Assembly (NCBI GenBank): GCA_028023455.1
Contig: JAQFVV010000010.1
Location: 11,346,001 to 11,410,000 of the forward strand
DNA: 64,000 bases
Direction: 5' to 3'
From: Epiperipatus broadwayi
Taxonomy: Eukaryota > Animalia > Onychophora
Numbering within the stretch: position 1 is the stretch's first letter; each line of letters starts with the position of its first letter. The notes below the pieces were generated by a model. It was not told the origin of the DNA. It worked only from the letters and a program-made list of their open reading frames with translations, and did no database searches. The position numbers were made by a program, and so were the translations under genes. Below are positions 53,936-64,000 of this stretch, one piece after another.

Positions 53936-54069
53936 AAGTAATCAATGGATGCCAGAAGGCTTGTGCATAAAATCCCCATCTAATGCCTACTCATCCAATA
54001 TCCCCAGACTAGTTTTGCCTGTTTTAACAACAGTTATACACAAGCATAAGAGGTGGTGGTCATGTGATG
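53936..54069. mobile_element. Family 1 rearranged fragment (no hammerhead core)
   Basis: GTAATCAATGGATGCCAGAAGGCTTGTGCATAAAATCCC...CCCCAGACTAG fused to TTTTGCCTGTTTTAA...CATGTGATG. Confidence 0.75.
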
Positions 54070-54277
54070 TTTTTGGCTTTAAACATTTAATGAAATAATG
54101 ATAATATTCAAAAAGCAATATTCATGCATAAATTGTCCAAGAGTATTATAGTTTAATGATGTAATTATCCATCGGATTCATTTGCTTATTACTAAACCTA
54201 CATTCCACTACTGAGAATTAGATTTTGTATAGGTGAATTTATAATACATATATGAAGCTGTTTCTTCAAAGTTTACT

Positions 54278-55235
54278 TATATATTCACATCTGTATGGGA
54301 GAATACATTCCTATCTAGTTTTAATAAATTAGAGTTATTCCAACATCAGCCTTTCAAGCTAATTGAGCACGCGCCTTTTGAGTGTTAAATAAATGAATAC
54401 TCTCTTCTTCAATCCAAGATATAGTATTTATGCAGAAATAAAAAGAATCCCTTTTATTCCTACGACTCAAATTCTTTTATATGAGCAAATCTGAAGAACT
54501 GTTAGAGCGTGAGTAGATTCTCACTTTAAATTACTATTTACGATGTTTTTTGGCTGAATGACGTCAGTGTAATTACTTAGAATTTACTAAACGTCATTCT
54601 TATTGAAATTTAATTATGAGTAAATAGTAATTTAAAGTGAGAATCTACTCATGCTCTCTTTAACAGTTCTTCAGATTTGCTCATATAAAAGAATTTGAGT
54701 CGTAGGAATAAGAGGGATTCTTTTTATTCCTGCATAAATACTATATCTTGGATTGAAGAAGAGAGTATTCATTTATTTAACACTCAAAAGGCGCGTGCTC
54801 AATTAGCTTGAAAGGCTGATATTGGAATGAAATATAATTGCAAGCACGGCACTAGATAAAATATTTGCTTATTTACTCATAAATTAGAGTTAGTCTCGGA
54901 ACGAATCATCCCTGTATAAGTTATAGTTTGTTGAATTAGGATTAGAACCTAAAAAGCCATTTTTTACAGTTATTGTTATATAAAGATAGCATCTATCTAT
55001 CCTATACAGAATATTGTAAGTCAAAGAAATGTTTTATAGTTATGGGTTCATGCATATGCAGAGTTAGGTTTTAAGTTTATTGAAGTCAGGGTTCTTTATA
55101 CAGCAAGTGTGCTCTATTATCTATAATTATATTAATATTATAATGTAAATGAAGCTTAAAGTTAAATTTAATAAGGAAACTTTGGACATTTATGTATAAT
55201 AATTATTTTTCGGAATGTATAAGGGATAAGACAAG
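54278..55235. repeat. Interrupted diverged copy of the 61094-61532 repeat (possible solo LTR)
   Basis: 54278-54337 and 54879-55235 align colinearly with 61115-61530; split by the 54338-54878 insertion. Confidence 0.6.
54338..54878 (+). mobile_element. Fold-back retro-insertion (S-related): ~205-bp arms, 80-bp loop, 50-bp tail, 14-bp TSD
   Basis: Arms 54337-54540 and 54621-54828. ATAAATTAGAGTTA is duplicated at 54324-54337 and 54879-54892. The related copy at 61115 lacks the insert (empty site). Confidence 0.85.
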
Positions 55236-56466
55236 AAAAGACTGTTAAAATAAGTTATATATCAACTAATAAGTATATTTTGTAATCAAAGTATTGATGT
55301 ATGATTTGCTAACTTCTTTAAATGTAATATGGTATGGTCTACATTCTTTTCTCAGTAGTAATTATTTTTAAATTTTTGGCCATTCAGGGTGAGGACTTTG
55401 TTTTTCAGTTATTGTAAATTTCCACTTTCCTGACTTGGGTGAATGGAACGGGTGATTATACGATCATATTTTTTTTCTCTGTAAGTTGTAATTATATTAT
55501 AAAAATAATAAAATATATATATATTTTTTCTATATGGTAATTATATTCTAAAACAAAAAATAATAAACAAAGCAAGTTGTGCTGGGAAAAAAATGTTCGA
55601 GGAAATGATGTAGTGATGTTGGTGGTGTATCATGTTATAATCATATTGAAATAATAAGTTTATTACATATAAAAATTTTGAACATTAATTAAATGGAGAA
55701 TGAAAATAGAGATGGAAGAGCAGCAGGAAATGATAGAAGCAATTATTTCAGAAACAAGCTCCATCCAGATAGTGATTCCTACAAACAAATAAAGCATAAA
55801 GATATTAATCCATTAGGTGGCAGTTATCACCTATTTGTAAAAAAAAATCACTTTTCATGTCCATGCACATTCCATCCTGTTTTCCTGGCTCTCTAACTCA
55901 GAAAGACATGTCATGGCATGTCAATCCAAGGTTTGCACTAATTGAACCTACCAACAAATCAGTTCGTAATGTGAGTTGCCTCTTCATCAAGTTGTCTTTT
56001 CTAGTTCTAAGTCATCAATTTTACATGGTAAGCATTATTTTCATTATTTTACACATTATTATATTTTTAGAGGCAATAAATAAAATTTGTTAAGAAATAA
56101 AATATTTTTCTCAACAATGTATAAAACTAAACTTGTTGTCTTATAAATAGATACTGCTACAATATGGTATTATCAACTTTTTATTTCTATTTTCTGATTT
56201 AGATGATTTTTACAAACTATTTAAATGAGAGCAAAAGTTAGATAATCTAAAGCAAATAGACGAAGAGATAGATAAAAAGCAAGTATAGTTTAAAAAAAAA
56301 ACGATGGATCAAATCATAGAGAATAAACAAACTCAATTACTACTCAAATCAAAAAATGAATCAAAATATCTGAAGATATAATTAAACTAGAACCAAAAAC
56401 TATTGGAGGAAAATGTACAAACTGAGCATGAACAAATATAAATAAAAGACCAAAAGATCAAAAATA

Positions 56467-57177
56467 AACCTGATGCATTGAAACAAAATAAAGATGATGA
56501 ACTACAACTATGTAAAAAAATAGAAATTGAACTAGAACAAATTCAAATAAAAGACAAATAGCAGATGAACCTGTTGAACTAAAACAAGTAGATGATAGTG
56601 CAAAAGTACTGAAAGAAATGGAAAATAAGTGAGAACTGCAAACCTGATGCATTGAAACAAAATAAAGATGATGAACTACAACTATGTAAAAAAGTAGAAA
56701 TTGAACTAGAACAAATTCAAATAAAAGACAAATAGCAGAAGATGAACCTGTTGAACTAAAACAAGTAGATGATAGTGAACTCAAACTAGTGAAAGAAATG
56801 GAAAATAAGTGAGAACTGCAAACCTGATGCATTGAAACAAAATAAAGATGATGAACTACAATTATGTAAAAACGTAGAAATTGAACTAGAACAAATTCAA
56901 ATAAAAGACAAATAGCAGAAGATGAACCTGTTGAACTAAAACAAGTAGATGATAGTGAACTCAAACTAGTGAAAGAAATGGAAAATAAGTAAGAACTGCA
57001 AACCTGATGCATTGAAACAAAATAAAGATGATGAACTACAACTATGTAAAAAAGTAGAAATTGAACTAGAACAAATTCAAATAAAAGACAAATACCAGAT
57101 GAACCTGTTGAACTAAAACAAGTGAATGATAGTGAACTCAAACTAGTGAAAGAAATGGAAAATAAGTGAGAACTGTT
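56467..57177 (+). pseudogene. Four tandem ~180-bp units of a decayed Glu/Lys/Asp-rich coding sequence
   Basis: Units start at 56467, 56641, 56821 and 57001 (174/180/180/~177 bp). The plus strand reads KPDALKQNKDDELQLCKKVEIELEQIQIKDK / IAEDEPVELKQVDDSELKLVKEMENK / ENC with two frame jumps per unit. The 305-aa minus-strand ORF overlaps it. Confidence 0.65.
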
Positions 57178-58194
57178 AAAACTAAATATCCAAATACTTG
57201 AAGATAAGACTGAAGTCTCACAACTCAAATCATATGGACCTAAAAATTGTGGTAAAAGACAACAGAGCAATAGTATATCCACAAAACAAAATGAAGTCAA
57301 TGTTAATAAAAAAAATGGAATAAAGACTTGCCATCCAGGAAAATCAACATATTGAATAAAGAAATCCAACAGCATTAATTAAATATTGAATCTATGTATA
57401 AGAATCTTTTTCATATATCTATTATGCATATGGATATGCTGAATTTAGACAGAGTTCAGCAAGAGAAGAATACCACTGAGTGTCAGAATTGAAAAGAAAC
57501 AATTTTCTCCTACAACAATCTTCTCCAAAATTACCATGACAGAAATAAATCCCAGATAAATTTCAATGAGACTATGACTGAATGATCTTATATCAATCCC
57601 AATAGTTGAATAAACAGCTTACAAAATGCCAAATGCACGTGAAACAAACTTTAAATAAGTACAATCATTTTTTTTTTCTTTTTTGATTTCAAGTCTAAGA
57701 ATTAAAAATGAACAATGTATTATTCATTTCAATAATAATAATAAAAATTTCAAGCAATTAAAGTATATGCAAATCAATTAATTTGCATTTTAAAAAATGA
57801 ACTACTCAAAACTAAAAGAAAGTAAAATCTATATTAAAAAAGCATCTTTCTTTTCTGAGAGCAGTCAGACTGGATTCATAGTTAATTCCAAACCCATGAG
57901 ACATTTACTATGTACAGTGAATAATAGGTAGGAACACCACCAACCGCTAATCTAATCTAAAATCTCAACACATTACTTTGAATAACTCTAGTATAAATGA
58001 AGAACCGAGTGTCCCAAATAAACTGTTTTAATATTTACGATAAAAAAGTAAATTAGTTATATTATTTTGTAAGTTTTATATTAAAAGGACTGATTAAATG
58101 TTATCTTAATTGAGTTTGTATTTAACGCTTGTTAACCCACATATTATGCTGTAGAAATTATTAGTTTAAAAAAAATAAAAATTCACTCTGTTAT

Positions 58195-60966
58195 TGTACC
58201 AAAGTACATTGATATTTAATTAATTTTAAGAGTCCCATGTTTTAAAATATAAAATTGAGTGAATAAAATGTAAAAACTAAAGAGCAGGGGAGAGGGGGAA
58301 TTTATTATTAAATGAAATAAACTGTAAATGCTTTTAAAAATAATAAGATTTTTTTTGTTTAAAAGAGGAAAAAAAATCCTGTAAATAAAAGATGATTTAA
58401 TATTCTTTAAATGAATTTATAATAAAATAATAAAGAGATTTCGTTTAATCTTATAATAAAAAAATTAAATATGTGTGCGTGTGTGTATGTAATTTTTAAT
58501 AAAAAATAGACGCAAAAACTGATTTAATTTCACGAGACTAAGGACGCTGCTGCTAATAAAGTTTTCCATTGTTAAAATAGTATAAATATCTCAACTTTTG
58601 ATCATTCTTGGTCTGACTTTTCATTTTAATAAAATATTTTTTGAAGTAATATCTCTAAAAATGTTGCATTGTTAAAACCAACGTGGTATGCAGTTGACCG
58701 AAGCCGCTCTATGCATTTAAGACCTGCAATTAGTTCGGAAAGTGATCATGTTTAAATAGACTAAATGAATAACGGAGTGTGGGTACGCCAAACCAGCCAC
58801 GAAAATCATACCATGTCACAGGATCTACGGAGGAGTCATTTTACCGGTCGTCGATAAGTTAAAAATAATTCCATTATGCTGTTTCTGTCGTATTTAAAAA
58901 ATCCTAGGTAATTATTTGACTTTGATATCTTAACATTCCTGATTTCTTCTTAAAATAAAAAAATAAACTTTAAACTTCAAATGATAATATTTGCAATAAT
59001 AAAATAAGTAAAAGCAGTGTCTATTATTAAATAATATTTTTGAAACAATGACATGCACGTGTGATTTGATTTAAAAAAAAAAAGAAATAAAATATAATGT
59101 AATGTGTATAATTTATTTGCTAAAGTAATTTTAATCTTTAAAAAAAAAAAATGAACCAACCGCCTCTTCTAAACAATCCTCTAATAGAGACACATAAAGT
59201 ATATCTTAAATGCTGCCTCTTCTATCCAATAAACTACCACTTAAAATTTACTACTTAAACTATGGAAAACAACAACAACCATCGACAAATAAAAATATTA
59301 ACTAATATTTTATTATACTTTGTCCTCCTAAACTTCCCTTCCAGAAAGTGGTTGGTTTTCAGGTAAAGTGTCAACTATCATCAATAGCGAACTATCAATA
59401 ACATTCAACACTCAACTACCAAATACCCACCGATCAAATAAACACTTCATTTTTATTTTTTAACGAAAAAAGAAAAATCCCTTAGACGCCAGCTAATTAC
59501 ATTAGAATTAGCATGTCTATCTGATCAGCATAATTTGGTACCTGAAAAATCCCCGCTAGCTCAATCAGTTTCCAACCACCCATTAATAGACAAACAAAAG
59601 GTATCTTAAATGCCCCCTCTAAGCTACTACTACTTTTTAAAAAACTAAAATAATTTTCCCCGAACCATTCAAAATAATACTTCAATCCTTTAAAACCAAT
59701 AATAATATTATACTGAATGCCAAAACATTTATATCTTTAAATTAACGAATCTATTCCTGAATTACTATTATTAATAATTACATTTTTTTCCTTCTACTTT
59801 TATTAAGAAAATAAATATTTATACTTACCCGCACGTATCAAAATTAACATAAATATTTTAAGAAAAATAATTTAAGTGTTTTTTCTATTTAAAATAAATT
59901 AATCGTTTTATCTTATAATGAAACACACACACTTCTTTTTTAAAGATTAAAATAAAGCATTTTAATATATTACTTTAGCAAATAAATTATACACATTACA
60001 TTATATTTTATTTCTTTTTTTTTTTTAAAATCAAATCACACATACGTGCATGCCATTGTTTCAAAAATATTATTTAATAATAGACGCTACTTTTACTTAT
60101 TTTATTATTGCAAATATTATCTTTTGAAGTTTAAAGTTTATTCTTTTTTTTTAAGTTTAATTCATAAAGTTCAAAGTTCTTTTAATAAATTCTATCTTTT
60201 ATTTTAAGAAGAAATCAGGAATGTTAAGATATCAAAGTCAAATAATTACCTAAGATTTTTTAAATACGACGAAAACAGCATAATGGAATTATTTTTAAAC
60301 TCATCAACGACCGGTAAAATGACTCCTCCATAGATCCTGTGACATGGTATGATTTTCATGGCTGGTTTGGCGTACCCACACTCCGTTATTCATTTAGTCT
60401 ATTTAAACATGATCACTTTCCGAACTAATTGCAGGTCTTAAATGCGTAGAGCGGCTTCGGTCAACTGCATACAACGTTGGTTTTAACAATGCAACATTTT
60501 TAGAGATATTACTTCAAAAAATATTTTATTAAAATGAAAAGTCAGACCAAGAATGATCAAAAGTTGAGATATTTATAATGTTTTAAACAATGGAAAACTT
60601 TATTAGCAGCAGCGTCCTTAGTCTCGTGAAATTAAATCAGCTTTTGCGTCTATTTTTTATTAAAAATTACACACACACATATTTAATTATTTTATTATAA
60701 GATTAAACGAAATCTCTTTATTATTTTATTATAAATTCATTTAAAGAATATTAAATCATCTTTTATTTACAGGATTTTTTTTTCCTCTTTTAAACAAAAA
60801 AAAAAATTATTATTTTTAAAAGCATTTACAGTTTATTTTATTTAATAATAAATTCCCCCTTCCCCCTGCTCTTTAGTTTTTACATTTTATTTTCTCAATT
60901 TTAAATTTTTATATTTTAAAACATGGGACTCTTAAAATTAATTAAATATCACTGTACTTTGGTACA
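58195..60966. mobile_element. Fold-back DNA element, ~0.95-1.0-kb TIRs, TGT..ACA ends, 5-bp TSD (Ginger-like signature)
   Basis: GTTAT|TGTACCAAAGTACA at 58190-58208 and TGTACTTTGGTACA|GTTAT ending at 60971. Arms 58195-~59146 and ~59936-60966 with a ~790-bp non-coding spacer. Confidence 0.85.
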
Positions 60967-61093
60967 GTTATAATATATGTGTTAACCCTATATGAGAACT
61001 TTCTCTTATACATGTAAATATTTATTACTTTGTAAAAATTATCAGTTTAAAAGGAAATAGTAAAGAAATAATGGTAATATATATGCAGTAGCT

Positions 61094-61532
61094 TGTTAAT
61101 GATCAAATAGTTTATATATATTCACATTCATATGGAAGAATACATTCCTATCTAGTTTTAATATATTAGAGATTGATTTTGGAATGAGCCATAGTTTATT
61201 GAATTAGGATTAGGACCTAAAACGTCATTCCTTACAGTTATTGCTATATTAAGATAACATTGATATCTAACCCATACAGAATATATGTATCTATGGATAC
61301 TAGGAAACTTGCGAGTCAAAGAAATGTTTTATAGTTATGAGTTCATGCGTATCTAATTATGTTTTAAGTTTATTGAAGTCAGGTTCCGTTTTATGGCAAG
61401 TGTACTCTGTTATCTATAATTATATTAATACTATAATGTAATTGAAGCTTAAAATTAAACTTAATAAGGAAATCTTGGACATTTACCTATAATAATTGTT
61501 TTCCAATGTATATATCAGATAAGGCAATAACA
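61094..61532 (-). repeat. Candidate 3' LTR of the adjacent gypsy element
   Basis: TGTTA...TAACA ends, located downstream of minus-strand pol; second copy at 54278-55235. No clear PPT seen. Confidence 0.4.
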
Positions 61533-62399
61533 TAAAAATTGGTGTAATGTCTCGGAGTAATTTCTATGCTATTAAACAGACATAGGTTTATATAAATTTT
61601 AACCTGGTAAATATAATAACACTGTGGCAACTGGGGATTATGATTTAATACATAAATAATCCAAATTATTTACAGCTTAATTACTTACAGATCCAAAGAC
61701 ATACACAAATCATAATGAAATCAGTATGACTTGTTCAAGTCCTTAGACTTGTTTTGGCACTTCTGAAGGTAAGTCTCTCTGCGGTAGAAGCTATCTAAGC
61801 CAATACATGATGAAGTCCAGCATCATGTTGTTGAAGTCTATCTGCACGCATATAACTTCCATGAGCAAGTGTTCTTGCTCACTTTTTTAATTAGAATTTC
61901 TGTTCTAATTGGATGAGCTACTCAGATATGGCCGACAATATTTTTTAACTGTAGATGCATCCAGCAAATCAGTTATCTCTTCTACTTTTTAAGAATTTAA
62001 TTAAAGTTGTTTCTTTGAGTTATACTTCATTTTTTTAGTAAAACAGTAATTGTTTTATCTATTCATTCTATGTTTTAATTTTTTTATTTAAATTTATTAT
62101 ACTTAGTTTTAAACTTTAAATGTGTATGTATTTCAATGCATACATATAACACAATTTCCCCCAACTTCAGATTTACATTTTCTCTGAAGTCAGGATAAAA
62201 ATCAACTTGTTTTTTAAAATTTTCTTTTAACCCAATCAGGAAGTGGATTAACATTTATGCCAGTTTTTGTGTTAGTATCTTCTGCTACACATTCTTGCTT
62301 TTCCTCGTTAGGCTGGATCAGCTAGAGTTCTTGTTTAGGTTTCAAAGATTGATCTTCCAAGTCAGAATCAGTTTTTGTAAATGTTAACTGTATTAAATC

Positions 62400-64000
62400 T
62401 TCACTCCTATCCTTTCGCAATTGGTTTATGTGTTTCCATAATAATTTGTCTTTGTTTATACAAATGATTCTAACTTGTTTCGATAGATTGCTTTCCTTCA
62501 AAATATATTTAGGCTATTTTTTGCCCACACTCATTCACCTGGCACAAACTTACATGTGGTAGATTATTTTTAAGTGTAATTCTGGAGGTGATTTTCCTGA
62601 TTTAGCAGCTGGAATCAGATACTGATATGTTAGTGTGGTATAAATTGCTTCCTGTATTTTCATTTTTCACAATATAGTTCCTGATACTTTCAATTTTGCC
62701 CCTCCATTAGATTGGGTATGATAGGGAGCATATGTTTTTTATCCTCCACTCTTTCAGTTTTCGAATTTGTCCAATGTAAACATGATTCATTGTCAGAAAT
62801 TAAAGTTTCAAGAAGGCCATGATCTAAAAAAGTTTCACGTAATTTTTTGATTGTCACATCGTATCTAGTGCTCTTAATTTGTGTTCTGCTCCTCCCCTCC
62901 CCGAATATGCATCTTAATTACTGTTTGGCTATTATACATAGCTACAGGCTAAAGCTTTTGCTCTGGCTATGCCTGGGTAACCTTCATGCAATAAATGGAA
63001 AATTAAATCTATACCCTTAACTGGGATTAGTACATGATCACTCATCAGAATAGTCTTTACAAACTGATAAATTATCACAGGCATTTGATAATTCTTTATG
63101 AAGAAATTTAGGATGTTTATTACGTCAACATCCTCGGATTTAGCTTATAATACACTGGTAACCATCATCTTCCTTTGCCTAACCAGCTACTGTTTTATTG
63201 TTAAAAACTTGCGACTTTAGCTCATTTATATGATTAACTTCAATTTATTTTTCATCTCTCAGTCTCATCTGGTATGCGAGACAGTGTAGTGTGTTGGTAT
63301 GGCCAATTTACTTTCCCTTTGCATATTCTAATGAATAATCATCGCCAGCGAGTATGTTTAGCCATCTCAGCATGTGAGTGATAGGATGCTCAGAAACTTG
63401 TTTGTTTCCAAAAATTTCCAGTAAAGATTTAGTAAGAGCTTCTTTGACCAGCAGACTGTAATTTTTTTCAGCTGTGGACAATGTGCACAAAGCATAGATA
63501 ATAGATTTTTTTATCTGTGTGTATTGGATGACATTTTATTGCACCAATTCCAAATTCAGATGCTTCCATTGTAAGCATAATTTCCATAAAGCTGTTATAA
63601 TGAACAAGTAATTTTAATTTTTCGAAGTCAGTAATAATTTGGTATGCATAAATGGTTGCTCTTGTATCGACCTCCAGTTCCATTTCTGGTTCTTTCTTAG
63701 TAAGTCGTATAAGGGTCTGGCTATAAGAGTTTTGCCCTTCAAAAAATTCTCAAATGATTTTACAAGATTAAAACAAACTCGTAATTGTTTTACAGCTTTG
63801 ATATTTCCAGGAGGAGTACCTTTATTTGAAATTATATGCCTTGAAAATTTAATTTCGCTCATCTACCAGATACATTTCTGGATTTGCAATTTTGCTTCCA
63901 AGTCATTCAGTTTTTTGCACACATTATATAAACGACTTCTTGATTCATTTTCCATTATAGTGGTAACTAGAATGTCATCAAAAAATGGTACAACGCCCTC
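62400..64000 (-). mobile_element. Decayed Ty3/gypsy pol (RT, RNase H, integrase), truncated by the window edge
   Basis: GVVPFFDDILVT (RT), ARPLYDLLRKNQKWNW, LVHYN..LTMEASEFGIGA and TLSTAEKNYS..KEAL (RNase H), APYHTQSNG and SGKSPPEL (integrase), in RT-RH-INT order. Stops and frameshifts present. Confidence 0.9.

Noticed and set aside
56458-57375. 305-aa minus-strand ORF as a confident membrane protein gene
   Set aside because: It coincides with a tandem repeat whose opposite strand looks like the original coding sequence; kept only as a hypothesis.

Overview
AT-rich, CpG-poor eukaryotic (metazoan-like) genomic DNA; the species cannot be determined. The one host gene I can identify is Dicer-1, whose last three coding exons lie on the minus strand (50570-50738, 43483-43558, 37635-37788; RNase IIIb C-terminus plus dsRBD) with multi-kb introns. 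There is also an intronless 275-aa orphan ORF (16694-17521). The rest is dense mobile DNA. The main theme is a Penelope-like/hammerhead-ribozyme set: decayed Penelope RT + GIY-YIG ORFs; one apparently intact retrozyme-like insertion (391-nt monomer, type I hammerhead, 11-bp TSD, 33738-34223); and several short families inserted as 'inverted arm + sense arm + 35-50 bp tail' fold-backs with 13-14 bp TSDs. Some of these carry hammerhead cores, including a variant with a conserved A-A opposition at the base of stem II. Also present: five TSD-flanked copies of a ~95-bp tRNA-Gly-derived SINE, a 2.77-kb TG..CA fold-back with a 5-bp TSD (Ginger-like signature), hAT, Tc1/mariner-type and GG-ended (Merlin/Mutator-like) non-autonomous DNA elements, RTE-type LINE and Ty3/gypsy remnants, a 15x43-bp minisatellite and a 4x~180-bp decayed coding repeat. 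All calls were made by eye; no database searches or folding programs were run.
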